From: Zootoca vivipara
Lineage: Eukaryota
DNA: 64,000 nucleotides
Reading direction: 5' to 3'
Assembly (NCBI RefSeq): GCF_963506605.1
Contig: NC_083279.1
Location: forward strand, 41,850,001-41,914,000
Below are positions 36,114 through 50,098 of this stretch, in pieces. The translations under genes were made by a program, and so were the position numbers. Under the pieces are notes generated by a model that worked only from the letters and a program-made list of their open reading frames with translations, did no database searches and was not told where the DNA came from. The number at the start of each line of letters is the position of its first letter. Positions within the stretch are counted from its first letter, which is position 1.

Positions 36114-36369
36114 CTCTAATGACACTGCTGTTATGAATTTTCCTAATCTCACCTACTTCTGACTCTCATGAGATGTGAAAAACTGTTTTGCGTGTAATAT
36201 TTTTTTCTTCCTGGCTCTTTCTCTTTTTGCATTGTGAAGTTGAATCTCTAAGCTTCCTGTTCATTTCCTGTCCTATTAGGCAAACTCTGTGTTTCTAATC
36301 TCTCCCCTCTATATCTAAAATAATAACTAAGCATATGGTCCAGGAAGAGTGTGGGTGTTAGCCTGTGTA

Positions 36370-36409
<40 letters not shown>
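36370..36409. repeat. (ATT)n microsatellite
   Basis: Read directly from the sequence. Confidence 0.95.
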
Positions 36410-36412
<3 letters not shown>

Positions 36413-36475
36413 TATGCTTCTGTAACTGCATGTTACTTATAAATCATTTATAGTGGTATGTTCTTGCCTTTAAAG

Positions 36476-36612
36476 CAGGCTTCCTCAACCTCAGCCCTCC
36501 AGATGTTTTCGGCCTACAACTCCCATGAACCCTAGCTAGCAGGACCAGTGGTCAGGGATGATGGGAATTGTAGTCTCAAAAACATCTGGAGGGCCGAGGT
36601 TGAGGAAGCCTG
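36476..36612. mobile_element. hAT MITE (TIR variant subfamily)
   Basis: TIRs CAGGCTTCCTCAACCTC / GAGGTTGAGGAAGCCTG. TSD CTTTAAAG at 36468-36475 and 36613-36620. Confidence 0.93.
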
Positions 36613-39600
36613 CTTTAAAGCATTATTCTTTCACATATGAAAGAAATTACGGTTGTATTCCTAGTGTGGCTCTTGCTAGTTCTCTGGAGAAAGCACGTTC
36701 ATATTGGTTCTTTATTGGTTGGTGTTAAATCTCACAAAAAAGCAAGGTATTGATATTCAGTGCAATCCTGCCTGAAATGCACAATTGCCTTTAGTAGAAA
36801 TCCCAAGAACAGCTAATTCCCCAAGTCAGAGCTAGTGTGCTCTTCCCTGCTGCCCTCACTCGCTTGTTAACTCTGTTCAGTAGCACCTAAATAGGGCTAC
36901 TGTTGTGTTCTCATCTGGTAAGAAACAAACAAGTTAGAAAAAATTAATGCAAAAAAAAATATTTGAATGCAGGCATGGCTAGTCTTAGTTTCTCCTCTCA
37001 GTGAAACCACACTGTAGTTTTTATTATCAACCATTGTACGTCATGTTTTGCTCCTTAGATTTAAGTAATAAAAGCACACAGAAATCTCTCATGGCAGGCA
37101 AATAATTGTTTTTGTTTTCCAAGAGTTGACTTGGTCTAGGCCATATTTCAACAAGCAGCGTGGCTGCAGGTCTCATACTGAGAATTGGCTCTGGCATATT
37201 TTAAAAGAGGCTATTCCCTGCTCTTGAGTGTGTGTTTTTCTTCTTATTTTTGCAACCATTCTAAATCTCATTTTGGCTTACATTAAACAAGCACTTATAA
37301 AACAGGACAGAAGCAGAACAGTGTCTCTTTCTTAGAATTCACGAAATAACCACATCATGTGCACCAAGAATTCAGGCACTCAAGGAACCTATCTCAAATC
37401 TTTTGTATTTATGTTTTCTTAAAACAACAGCAGTCACCGCTACCTTTTTAGTTTGAGAAATTTAATCATTTCCATAAAAAGGAAATTCTTTGAAGGAATG
37501 TATGTTTTAAAAAACCACTTGGGCACCATTCATTTGAGGAAGAAAACTCAATTTGAGAGCAAGCATGACAAAAACACACACACTAAGTGTGAGTTATACA
37601 AATAGCACAATAGTTTCTTGTTTAGAGACACAGTCAGAAGTACCATATGTGAAATAACTTTCCCTGCTCCATATATGCTCTTAAAATAAAACATAAATGT
37701 TTCTGCAGCAGTCTTTCCCAACCTTATGCCTTCCAAATCCAACAGTAAAATTGCCAGCAACTCTATCCAGCAGGTTGCCCATTCTTGAAACCCTGCACCT
37801 TGTGTATTTGCTTAAGAAAAGCTCTTGCAACACCATTCCTTCCCACTGAGCACACCTGCTCTATCGCCTTTAGCTTGATGCAATTTTCCCTTTCTGCCTG
37901 CTCCTTACGGCAGAATCTGTAGGAATTTGACTGTGATCTTGTCTATTACTGTATTTTAATGTAAACTCATTCCTGGGTCAGTTCTCAAAGTTTCAGCTCA
38001 GTCTTTCTCCCTGAAACATTTCAAGGATGCTTTTTCTACCCAACCAAATCCTCCAAATTTAGCCACACTCCTGTTAAATTGAAAATTGCACTTATTTCTG
38101 GGCCAGCTTAGCCAGACTGACAACAGTATGTCCTTTGGCAGGAGCCTGGGACCTCAGAGGATAGTGTTTCCCATAGTGTCTGATTAAATCCCCCCCCCCC
38201 CGTTACCTATTGTTCCTGAGGATCTTACTCCCTCAACACAGAAAATAGGTTTACCTGTATACCAAAATACATACACTGAGAAAGTGTGGTAGCAGGTTTC
38301 ATGTCTTACTCCTCATCATTTTCCCTCCTCATTTCTTCCTTTGGACTGTCCAGTCCAGTTAAAATTCTAGAGGAAGTAAAACTGCTGAAAATGAAGTGAA
38401 GAAGAAGAAAAAAACACCTGTCAATTAGGGCCAGAAGGGTAATGAAGAACTGCAATTATATTTGTCTGCTAGTCAGTCATTCAGTTTCAAGAGGCATTCA
38501 ATGCCCTAAATAAACTTTATTTTTCACCTTTGTAATTAAAAAGGATTACATTCATTAAAAGCAGTAAAGCTGATGGACGATATGCTTGCCAAATGAAAGT
38601 TGAGGGAGAGAACTGTTTAAATTTCACATGCTGCTTTATATAAGAATTGCATGTGTTTATCAAATTACCTAGCAGGCAAAGATGAAAGTAAGAAAACTTT
38701 CATCAAAAGGAATGGCTAAGTAGTCTGACACCGCAATCATCAACACATCAAATGGAAAATAAGTTCCGCAGAATCCTATAATACTTTCATAGATTGTTTT
38801 GAGATTTATTGTATTTCATTTTTTATATTAATTTATTACTTTTTTAAACTGCCTTTTATTGGTTTTGCTATAAAAGTGGAATAAAAACAACGAGTGTCAT
38901 CCAATTAAATTCTACCCCATGTTAGACATGTTCATTAATTTTGTTTCTCTATGCTGTGTGACTAACATTGCTACAACCAATAATTAATAACACTAAACAT
39001 CAAAATATATTCTCCCCCCCCCCAAAAAAACCCCAACATATAAATACCCTAATATAAGTTGGATTAGTTTTGGGGGCCTCACCAGCCTGCCCTCTCCCCA
39101 GTGCCACAGTCTCCCCTCTCCCAAAATTGCAAGCCCAAGACTTCATGCAAGGGCAGGGCAACTCGGGCCCAGCAACTATGAGACTCGGGGCTAGCCAGTG
39201 GGGCCCAATTTGAAGCAGTGGGGCGCAACTTGAATTATTATTATTTTGTGCTATTTTGTACTATTTTGAATAGTAGCATGCCTGGTATCTGGTGGGCAAT
39301 CTCACCCTTTATTTCCACACTGTGGCTGCAGACCAAATCACCTGTCAGGAGAGTTATGAGATTCAGGTGAGAGTCAGGTGCCTTGTCAATCCCAGCAGGT
39401 ATATAAGAGGAAGATCGCCCTGGCCAGGCCTTCGCCCTTAGGTTTTAGCAGAAGTTGAATGATAGTGGAATGGAAACAATGCTTATTGTGGCGAACAAAG
39501 GACAGGGCAGAAACCAATTCCACACTATATCCCTAGTGTGGGGAAAGTGTTAAATGCTCTCTCTTCCTCCTTGCACTTCCAATCCTGATTAACTTCTCAT

Positions 39601-40594
39601 GGCAGTTGGGGATGGGGGCAGATATGGAAACGAGAGAGAGAATGCTTTTTAGAAAAGAAAGATGTAAATTAATAGTGCTGATTTTAATAATGGAGACTGG
39701 GCAAGGCTCTTGAGTGGGAGGTCGAAGACCAGATCCAGGTATTCGTAGCACTACAGGTGTACTCCAGCATAGAGTTTAGGAATACTGCTCAATATGTTGC
39801 CAAAGTAGAAAGGCATCCCTTTGAAACACATTTTTGTGACAGGCATTCTTGGTTTTTACAAAGCTCTAAGATGTCTTAAGTAATCATTATGTTAAGGGAA
39901 GCTCTAGGAGTTATATTGATCACTTGAACTAATTCTTCTCAGCTTGGATGCAAAATGCCTGGATTGGATTTATACTGCAAATGCAGGTTCTGTTAGTCAC
40001 AGTTAAGCTTGTGAGTTCTGCTAAGTGTCCAAAGGGGTTTTCAAAGTTTACATAGTAGCTAAGAAACCTGAATGATTGATGATAAGTTGAGAGGGATAAA
40101 GCATTTGACTCAGGTGACTTTGGAAATGCCGTGTTTAAATCGAGGTCACAGATTGAGGTAAAGGTATGAATTATGGAAAACTGCCGAAATCAATCTTCCA
40201 GGTTTGTCTAAATGGAAGAGACAGGGCTTCATGAAATACCTCAAATGTATTTTATCAGATATTTATGCTCGTTTGTACATTTATATCCCATCTGTCTATG
40301 ATAAAAATCAAACCCATCCTAAATCACAAAAAGTATTTATAGTAATTCTAACAATAAGATTAAATAAACAGCAAGTAAAACATGTTCTGTGTTGTTAAAA
40401 AAAAAGTAGTAGTGCTGGGTCAATCTTTTCTGATATTCAGTTGTCATTGTGAAACTTGGTATTTCTCAATGGTATGAAAATGTTCCCAAAATAACTCTAT
40501 CTTCTTTTCTTTTTTTCTTGCTTTCTGCATCTGTTCACAACTGCTGTTCCAGTGGTTCAGAACTGTGTTTGAAGTATGATCAGATACAGAAATC

Positions 40595-40716
40595 TTGTAA
40601 TACTGTGTACAGTTCTAGTTGCTGCATCACAAAAATGACAGACCTGTAAAGGTTGCAGAAAAGAACAACCTAGATTATCAGAGGCAGAGAGCAGCTGCCC
40701 TATAAGGAAAGGCTAT
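40595..40716 (+). mobile_element. Decayed CR1 ORF2 fragment
   Basis: aatactgtgtacagttctag...aaggttgcagaaaagaacaacc...cagctgccctataaggaaaggct resembles EYCVQFW...KVQKRAT...LPYEERL. Confidence 0.65.
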
Positions 40717-42238
40717 ATTTAGAAAACTTCTTAATGCCACTACAAAACTACAAAAAATTACAAAACAACTTGGTGAAAGAGTGGGAAACTGTTCACAAGG
40801 GGCAGATTTTTTGGGAAATTGGGAAATCCTTATTTATAAAAGTGCAGAATTGGGATAAGTAAGCACAACAAATACATCCTTTCAATTCATATTTTAATTG
40901 AAATGCTGAATTTATTATAAACAACTTCTTCAACAATTGATTTTGTCATACTAGAAAAGTTTTAAAGAATGTGCTGAACACATTATAACTTTTCAACTTA
41001 TGATGTATTCTTTTAGCTTCTGAAATCTCTTGAAATTTGGAATTATATCATTTATATTTGTTTATGACTTAAGTTTATGACTTAGGTTTTTCTCTTTTTA
41101 TACTTTGAAATTAATTTCTGCAGGTGACATTCTGATCTGGCTTATGGTTTCTGCTTGGGCAGAAAGTTTTAGAGTATTATAGGAAGAAAGTAGGAATATA
41201 GAGCTACTTGTGCTCTGGGTAGAGATATATATCTGGCAATGTCACATTATTACATATCCTTTTGTGGAATGATTTAATAAAACATAAAGGGAAACTTTAT
41301 TTCTTATGGAAGACTATGTATTCTTTATGAGAAATGATGTTTGTGTATATTATGAAGGAATTCAATTCTGTTGTGATCTCATTAGAAGCTTTTAAAGAGA
41401 TGGAAGTTGATTTTGAAAATGCTTCTTTTTATGGTTTGGCCTTATGCAACATATATGTTCATTATATATTCAGACACAAATGTATGTTAAATGTTGAAGA
41501 TATTCTGTGGTCATTAAGTCTTATAATGAGTAATGTATATGCAAATTACATGCAATTGCCAAGATTGCACTTTTAATTCTCATCCTTTATCAGTAAGATT
41601 TATTGTCAGTTCAATTTGCATTAAAGTATTTTAATCTGCTGACTTTGACTGTAGTTAGATTCTATTATAGATTATGCTTCCATGATGTTTTAGTAGTAAG
41701 CATGGTAATTTAGATTCCCTCTACCATAAAGAGTTGGGAACAATTATTCCTATAAGACCATGATGTATATACAGCAAGCCAAATATCATTTCTGTGAACA
41801 TTAATAATAATAACAATAATCTGAGGACATTCTGGGAGCCTGTGACTTAAAAGCATTTGGTCACATAAAATTAATACATTATTTGACTACTAAACGTACT
41901 CATTTCTACAAGAATCCATCCACTTTCCTAGAGCATATTCTATTATATGGAGGAACAGGAAGTTTGAACGGTTCACATTTCCTGTTTCCCATCAATAGTT
42001 GAGATCAGGACCTTGCCCAAAAATGTGATTTATATTAGTTTAATTGTCTCACTTGTATATCTACCTTTGATCTATTGTTGTGAGCAGCTAACATAAGAAT
42101 AGGTGACTCATTGAGTTATAGTAGTAGTTCAGATTTTATGAATGTTGGAGTTACCTCTGATGTCGAAAATGTTTGTTCAAGGAAATGATCTGTCATCTTT
42201 TGTCAATCATTACATTACTTGCATGAGTTGGCTATTTG

Positions 42239-42376
42239 TAAAGATAAAGGGGGCCCTGATCATCAGGTCCAGTTGTGTCTGACTCTGGGGTTGCGGCACT
42301 CATCTCGCTCTATAGGCTGAGGGAGCCGGCGTTTGTCCTAGGCTCTGTGGTTTAACCCACAGTGCCACCTGCGTCT
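42239..42376 (-). mobile_element. Internally deleted Sauria SINE
   Basis: Minus-strand head GACGCAGGTGGCACTGTGGGTTAAACCACAGAGCCTAGG is fused directly to the tail ACAAACGCCGGCTCCCTC...CCCTTTATCTTTA. Confidence 0.85.
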
Positions 42377-42490
42377 TAATATTTAGGCAGCTGTTAAATA
42401 TGTTTTTGTTTATGGAGGCTTTTCTTGAAGTGTCATTTTATGGAGTATTAATTGTACAGTTGTAAAAAAAATGCTTTAGCTGAATTTAAA

Positions 42491-42560
42491 TTCATAGAAT
42501 TGGAAGAGACCACAAGGGCCATCCAGTCCAACCCCCTGCCAAACAGGAAACACCATCAAT
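42491..42560 (-). mobile_element. CR1 3' tail fragment
   Basis: tcatagaattggaagagaccacaagggccatccagtccaaccccctgc. Confidence 0.75.
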
Positions 42561-43480
42561 TCCTTTCACTTGATCCAAAACGGTCAAGTGCCTGAGGGGC
42601 ATTAATATAGCAGCTAGACCCAACTACTCAGCACTGGTCAGAGCCATCATTCTCAGGATGGAGCATCTGGCAGGTGTCAGCACTGGCCTTTCTGGGGACC
42701 CTGGAACTGCTCAAGGATACCACACGCTGATGCTGGTCCTGGAAGAGTCAATGAGCAAGAAAATAAAGTTTATAAAGCAACTCCCCAAAATGGCTGTGAG
42801 AAGTAATCTAATTCATGTCTCCGTATGTATAGGAGAACCAAAAGAGCAGCAAATAAATCTGGCTATCAAAAAAAAGTATTTCTTTTGGAACACTAGTCAA
42901 GAGTAGAGACAACTTATGGAACAAAATGTATTGTCATAAAAATAAGGAGGAAGGGTCTATAAAGCTACCAACTTTAATGTAACGGCAGCACATTTATATC
43001 TTAAATAAAACAAAGTTGAAAGTTATTTTAAAGTTTTCAGGATGACTGTTTTCAAATTTAATTTTCACTTACTTTTTTATTCATGGCACCTTCATTGAAC
43101 TAGGTGAAATTCACTGTCAGGAAGATTAGTTTTATTTGGCATCAGTAGATATTTCAAGATGAATGTGAATGATCAAGAGGCTGAATAAAATGTCAATCCC
43201 ACACTCCCTTGATTTTCCCTGCTTCAGTATGCTTTTTATGGCCACAGACTACTTTTTCCTCCACACACTTACTGTATAAAAGTCTCCTTCTAGCCTCCGA
43301 TATACAAATCAAAATGGGCATTATTTGCAGTATACTACAAATGGGAGGTTTCAATTTCTGTTGCTACTACACACGTTGTGTGTAAACATTGGTATCTTGC
43401 TTCCCCTGTATTTACCGGTATGTCCCTGGAATCAGCAAATTCCAAACATGTAAATGTGGAAAACTAAATGTATAATTATT

Positions 43481-43668
43481 TTAAAAAATTCCTTCAGTAG
43501 CACCTTAAAGACCAACTAAGTTTTTATTTTGGTATGAGCTTTCGTGTGCATGCACACTTCGTCAGATACATGCACACGAAAGCTCATACCAAAATAAGTT
43601 GGTCTTTAAGGTGCTACTGAAGGATTTTTTTAATTTTGTTTCGACTCAGACCAACACGGCTACCTACC
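43481..43668 (+). mobile_element. PLE pseudo-LTR remnant, inverted plus direct copy
   Basis: Fold-back structure of the same family as 5693-5913. Flanking duplication TGTATAATTATT at 43469-43480 and 43669-43680. Confidence 0.85.
43532..43569 (-). ncRNA. Minimal type-I hammerhead ribozyme motif
   Basis: Minus strand GUAU-CUGACGA-A-GUGUGC AU GCACAC-GAAA-GC-UC-AUAC. Perfect stem I GUAU/AUAC. The only core difference from the other copies is at the freely variable position 7. Confidence 0.8.
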
Positions 43669-46600
43669 TGTATAATTATTATATGTTTAATTACACACAC
43701 ACACACACCCCCAAAAAAACCATGTAGAGAAAATGGCATAAGTGGCAAGGCTCACTGTTGTGTAATGTGATACAATACAAATAATACAATTAGGATTTTT
43801 ATCTTGTATATACCTCAAGACAGGCTTAGAAAATAATAATTTCAGGCCCCAAATCATTTACAAATATTCATGGGCTGGATAGGGATCTTGAGCTCATTTC
43901 TTCTCATCCAGAATATAAATCAAGGCATCCTGCCTGCATGAAACATTAGCAGGTTAGAATTTCCAGTCTCAAAATATTTGTACAGCTGTATAATACTCTG
44001 AGCAAGCTACTGCATATTTCATCTACAATTAAACCAAGATCTGACATTTAGAATATTCGTGTTTCCTCAGTGAATTCCCAGATCCCTCTGCGTTAAGACA
44101 CCAGGCATCTATAGTTGCTAATAAGATGCATATTTTGCCCCTTGTGGATGAAAGATCCTTGGGATTTTTTTGGGGGGGGAGGGAGGGTTGCAACAATCCT
44201 TGTAGTGTTGCTTTCAGAGCAACAGTGTCTCTTATTGACAGAGTATTCTATTGCTGGTCCTGATTTCTGGAAGGAGACATGTTACAAAGTGGAACCTCAA
44301 AAGGGAAATATGAATATTCTTATGCTCACTGAATACATTTACATTTATATGTATAGCATAACATCGATTGATTCAGCGAGTGTGTGTTTGGGTGTAATTT
44401 CTATAGTGTTTAAGGGAGTTCTCATGTTTTGCTGTGAGTGGTACGCCTGGCATTCATTGTTCCCAGTTTAATTCTACGCACTTTGGAAACAGGAGTTTAA
44501 ATAAGCTATCTCACACATAGCAGCTCTGCAGTGATTTATTGTTCGTCCCTTGTGACTGACTTCTTACATGCCCTCTGTGCCCTTAAATATTTGGCAAGCA
44601 GCCTACATGACCTAAATGTTTCACACTTGGGCCTGATGTGAATGGGGAGCCCTCTAATAATTGCCTCCTCCAATGCAACATATCTCCTCAAGTTCTTCCA
44701 GTATTGTTCTGTAGTGCTTCACATCAGGGAATTCAATTAACAAGGACAATGTGATGTTGCAGTGTGTGTGTGTGTGTGTTTCATCTTGCTAAACGGAAGC
44801 TGTATAGCAGTCACAAAAAGGCTTTTTTAAAAAAAAGAAAGAAAAAGGTTAAATTGGGAATAAAATTTAAAAGTAGAATCACCTGTCAGCATGTCACTTT
44901 AACCATGAAGAAAAAAGTCTGTCAACAGTTACTTTATTTGACAGTGTCTATTTTAAACTTTTGTTCCACATTGCAAAGTAGTTTAAAATGAATTACCAGT
45001 ACATTGAACCTAGATTATGTGAATTCTTGTCACCATGTTTGCTTGTATGAGACATTGTGATAATTGCCTAAAGGGGGGAACTGAGGGAAGGTGCAGCCTT
45101 GAAACAAAAAAACAAAAACTCCCAATACATCACCAAGTGATTTTATTGTCTAAAGTTAGAGAAGTTTCATATATTAAATATATAATGAGTTGAACATGTG
45201 TAGCTATCCCCCCCACACACAAACACACACACTATTACACCAAGGTGGCAACATGTCTGTTTTTCTGTTTTCGTTCTTTAATGTGACAGACTGTATGTAT
45301 ATGTAGTAGAGAGCTGTAATTGGCCTGGTTCCCACCTGTATGCAGAAATGGGGGAAGGGGAATTCATGCAGCCACCTTACAGTGTACTGTACAGTGCCAG
45401 GTATGTCTGGTGCATTACTGTCTAGGTATTATTATATTTTTAAAAAATATTTCTACCCAACACTTCATTGTTACTGACCCTAATAAAATCTAGCATAGCA
45501 GTAGAAAAAGAAGACCATTAAAATTCATATTAAAAATCAGAGGACACTGCAAAAACTCCATAGACTGATATCACATAAGTACTTAGGAAAAGGTTTTAAG
45601 TTTGTGCTGAAAGTAGAGTTGACACCAACCACATCTCCAAAGGGAGGTTGTTGCACAACCAGGGTACCATGACCCCAAAGACCCCACCCTGTGTTAATGC
45701 ACAAACATTTCTGGCATCCCTTCAAATAGAATTAAAAGAACTTCTTGTAAAGGGCACTTGAAATCTCAGAGCTCTCCATAACCAATCAATAAGTGTTACA
45801 GTGCTTTGAATAGATTAGGAATGTAGGAGATTTGAGCATTTATTATTTCAGGGAGCCCTACAGTAGTGCGTAGGCACTCCCATGTCAATGGCAATAGATG
45901 TTTTTGATGAGAATGTTTTAGGGTAATTTTGTCCTAGCTTGTTAAATTAGGAGAACTACTAAATGATCAGAATAGTGTTCTTTGGTAGCATTAAGACTCA
46001 ATCCTGAAGACAGTTGAATTGCATAGAAAGCAGAATTCACTAATTTTCATTTCATGTCATCAACTGCCATGCAAATTCAATGCCTAGTGTACAGTGGACA
46101 TATCTTGGGAGATCATGTGCACTGAACATAATTTCATTGTGCTTTCACCCTGTGAGAGTTTGCTGTGTTTCTAGGTAGTTGGCATAGAGTAGACATAAGC
46201 AAGAATTCATTTCATTGTTCATGTGTGCTGTTTCTTCATACTTAGATTTTCTTCCTTCTGTTTCTTTATGTTCTCAGATGGCACTCACTGAAATATACAC
46301 GTTGTAATATTCTTGCAGTACCAAATACCTGGGCAATATGAGGCATGTCATTGACATATCTCTAGTTTGCTATCTCTAGTGCTGAAGTGGGTGGAGACAA
46401 AGCATGGTATTGCTTTATCACTGTTTTCCTGTAAAAAATATAGTGCATATCAACAGAAAAGATCCTGCCTCAGACATCTACATTTAAATGTAAGCAAATG
46501 GCTTACTGGCTATGAGAAATGAGGTGCTGGATAAAGCACAAGTGAGCTGAGGCAAAGTAGAATAAATGATAAAGCCACTGACTTGCATGTTCCTATTTAT

Positions 46601-47290
46601 TTAAAAACTAACCTTTAAAAGTAAATAATAGTTTATGACTAGGCTACATGCCAAATACTTCCCCGTCAAATGGCTTTGCAAGTACTATATTATTCTTACA
46701 TAGGGAGAAAAATGATCAAAGAAACTGGTGAGCCCATTACAGGGTGCACACAAAATTTATTACAACATTAGGCTTTATCCTTGGGTTGCAAGAAATAGAG
46801 GAAATGCAGGGAATTGTATTCTATCAAGCTATTGCAACCCAGCTATTTACTGAGGTGTGTTGGCCAAAAACCTTACTGCCTTCATGATTTAGGATTTCCC
46901 TAGAAATGCAGTGAACATGAAAGGAGTTTCAGCCATCAGCGAAGTGGGTATTTTAGGCTAGTATATTTTGCACCACCCTGAGATCTTAGTGATACAGACA
47001 AGGCAAAAATGAGATTTTGTAACGGAAGGGTCATGAGCAGTGCAGCCTTCAGATATCTGGATGTAGCTAATATGTTCACAGAAGAACAAGAAAGGCCCAA
47101 AACGAAAGTCTGCATGGGCATTTGGCAGATCGGCAACTTGGCGATAAATCTCATGGGTCTGAATTACCTGTTGCACACATACAAATCTCAATACTTTCTG
47201 TCCCTAGAGCAGGAATAAGAAACATGAGGACCTCCAGATACTGCTAAACTGCAATTCCCACTATCCTATGGCAAACAGCTGAAGGGCACT

Positions 47291-48068
47291 TGTAATATTA
47301 CTATGAGTTTGAGGGTGCCAGACACCCCTAATCCCAGGATCCAGCAAATGTCAAAATCTAATCACAGCTAATTAAGCCAGTTTCTTGTTTTGAGGTGATA
47401 ATGGTCCACAAGAGAACAAAGGATCAAGTGGACTTGGTGCGGGGTGGCTAATGGGTGGAGCTCCCTCTCAACAGATAAAGTAGAAGTTTAGAGTAGAGAG
47501 GTTAGTAAGAGTGATGTGGCGGAGTAGCAAACAGCAAGCTGGAAAGCCAGAGAGGCAGAGCAATGGTTGATTTATGTTGGAATCTAAGGCTGCAGCTATG
47601 GGAGAAACAAGATGTTCTTGAGGTGTTAATGCTGTGAACCCTTCCATTGTAGGCTCAGGTTGTATATGTGTGTAAATAAACCATATATTCTAAAGACACT
47701 ACAGCAGGGTAGGCAACCTAAGGCCCATGGGCCGGATGCAGCCCAATCGCCTTCTCAATCCAGCCTGTGGACGGTCCGGGAATCAGGGTGTTTTTACATG
47801 AGTAGAATGTGTCCTTTTATTTAAAATGCATCTCTGGGTTATTTGTGGGGCATAGGAATTGGTTCATCCCCCCCCCCAAAAAAAATAGTCCGGCCCACCA
47901 CATGGTCTGAGGAAAGGTGGACCAGCCCACAGCTGAAAAAGGCTGCTGACCCCTGCACTACAGTATCCACTGTGCCTCATTTCCAAAAGGAAACACAAAA
48001 CCTGGGTAAGCACCTGGAACCTGGAATCTCTCACTGCTCAGAGATTGGGGTGGTGTGCACATCAATAC
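47291..48068 (+). mobile_element. Putative solo LTR interrupted by a hAT MITE
   Basis: Starts TGTAAT and ends near ...ATACA. Purine-rich interior with AATAAA near 47673. Boundaries and TSD not confirmed. Confidence 0.35.
47705..47955 (+). mobile_element. hAT-Charlie MITE resembling OposCharlie1 (OC1) non-autonomous elements
   Basis: Termini CAGGGTAGGCAACC / GGCTGCTGACCCCTG. TSD CACTACAG at 47697-47704 and 47956-47963. The internal stretch tttttacatgagtagaatgtgtccttttatttaaaatgcatctctgggttatttgtggggcataggaatt is one I recall from OC1-type MITEs, so the family assignment is unverified. Confidence 0.8.
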
Positions 48069-49974
48069 AAAAGACTACAGTGAATAGATAGTTGTCCCTC
48101 TAAAAGTTATGTTATGAACTTGGTAAAGCTGATGTAATTGTAACATTTAATGGATGGTGATTCCTAGCCTCTTTTCACCTCTCACTCAGACTGGCACATC
48201 AGCGATTTAATCATATTTCTCCCTAGAACTCCAAAATTAGTGGTAGTGTGATTGAATGAAGGTCACTGAGATAGAACAGTATGTAATGGTTGTTTTGACT
48301 TGTATTTCATTATGACCAGCTCTGCTTGTTCCCTCCCTCCCTACCCTTTGCAACAAATCAGCTGGAGGAAAGAAATTTAACTTCACTAAAAAAATAAAAA
48401 GCTTAATATGGTAAATTTGAGGTCATAATTTGAATGTTATATTCATAATTTGAATATTATATTATTTAGCATTCAGATGTATGCTTAGCAGAAGCAATGC
48501 TATATATATATTTTTAAGCAATAATAGCTGTCCTGTATAGTGTAGTTTTGCTCCTGCACTGATAAATAATCTGTTGGTTAATAGTGATAGAGAGAAGAAC
48601 AGGGAATTACAAATATGGTTGTTTAGTGAGCTAGTAACTCACGTCCCAGGATACACCTTGCTATACATTGTAAGTTGCATTGATATGGAGCAGCTTTGAG
48701 AGACCTTTATACATTATTTAAATAGGAGTTTTCTGTAGGAAATGTAACCAGAGTCAATACGTTCGAGAGCAACAAAGATCCATTCACAGTCAAGAAATAT
48801 CTAAGGTAGTCACTTACCCGATATCTTTTCCCAGTGGCCCAATTAACATCATAGTAAGGCACTAGGCTTTCCTTTCCCCATGAAAACAGACACTGATATA
48901 TTCAGAAATATGCAGTGACCTTGTTTATATCAAGATCTCCAAAATAGGATAATAATTCTCTGTCATCCAGTCACCATTAATGGTTCAAATAGAAAGCCAT
49001 CACTGAGCAAACATGACAAAAAAGTAACCCATATGGATATGCACGCTATAAAAATATAACTCAGTGCATTTTTATGTTGAACAACCTGTGTGTATCCAAT
49101 GCTCACATTTACAGAGCAGGCCACAGTGTGTGTGTGTGGGGGGGGGGGAATTTCCGCTTTCTGGATCTTAGGCAAGTCAATTGAAAAAATTGAAGTTTGG
49201 CTCAACAACTTAAAATCATTTCTGGGTAGAAAGTGGGCTTGAACACATATAAAAGCTTGTGTAATTGCATTGTTAATTAACATGTTTCTCATTTGAAAGC
49301 ATTGCAAATATTTCCACTTTTAAATTTTAATACCCTTTTGAATAAAAGTGTAATGGATTCGCAGCCCTGTCTCAAGGCTTTTAAACTGAAAGATTACATT
49401 AAGATACAAACACAAAGCCGATTTCTGTGAAAATGTTTCCTAGTGGCCTTGTTTTTGTCAGATGGGAACAAAAGAAACGATGCTCAAGAACGATTAAACT
49501 ACTGTAGTGGTATTTTTTAAATGCTGTAAATGTATATAGTCTCATAAAGATTATCGGTATTGTCCTCTGCCCCGAGAGTCTGGGCAATGTGGTTGCTCTT
49601 GAAAGCAATCAAATGTGTTGTTTTAGAATGAGTTTTAGTTGCCTGAAGTTGACACTGAATCTATCATGTTATATTTTGGTGCCTTTTGTCATTAGCATTG
49701 TATAGTTAAAACATTTTAAAGCTATATGTAAATAAGGATACTTCCAAGTCCCTATGAAATTTCACTTGTCATCTATGCTGCACCATAATTCTGATCTAAA
49801 TTTATTGGAAGGTATTAAAGGTCATCAATGGCATTTAAGGTGATCCTTCAAGGAAACTGGTTCAAAGCTTTTAAGAGCTTTGAATACTACAGGTAAAACA
49901 TTGAAATTGGGCCAATAACATTAGCAGTCAGTGCATACAGTAACTCTGAGCGGAATTGTAATACTATGCTGGAA

Positions 49975-50098
49975 GTCCTCAGTCCTGTCAGCAATCATGT
50001 TGTAGCATCACATACTAACTATAGTGTCTGGATTAAGAGCAAGGGAAGGCCCACGAAGAGGACATTGCAGTAATGCAGTTTTGATTTCAGACAGTACA
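49975..50098 (-). mobile_element. Decayed L2 ORF2 fragment
   Basis: The minus strand reads SKLHYCNVLFVGLPL, resembling SRLDYCNALYVGLPL. Confidence 0.65.

Noticed and set aside
46936-47218. Cluster of three overlapping ~70-aa ORFs
   Set aside because: No recognisable protein similarity or convincing splice boundaries, so treated as chance ORFs.
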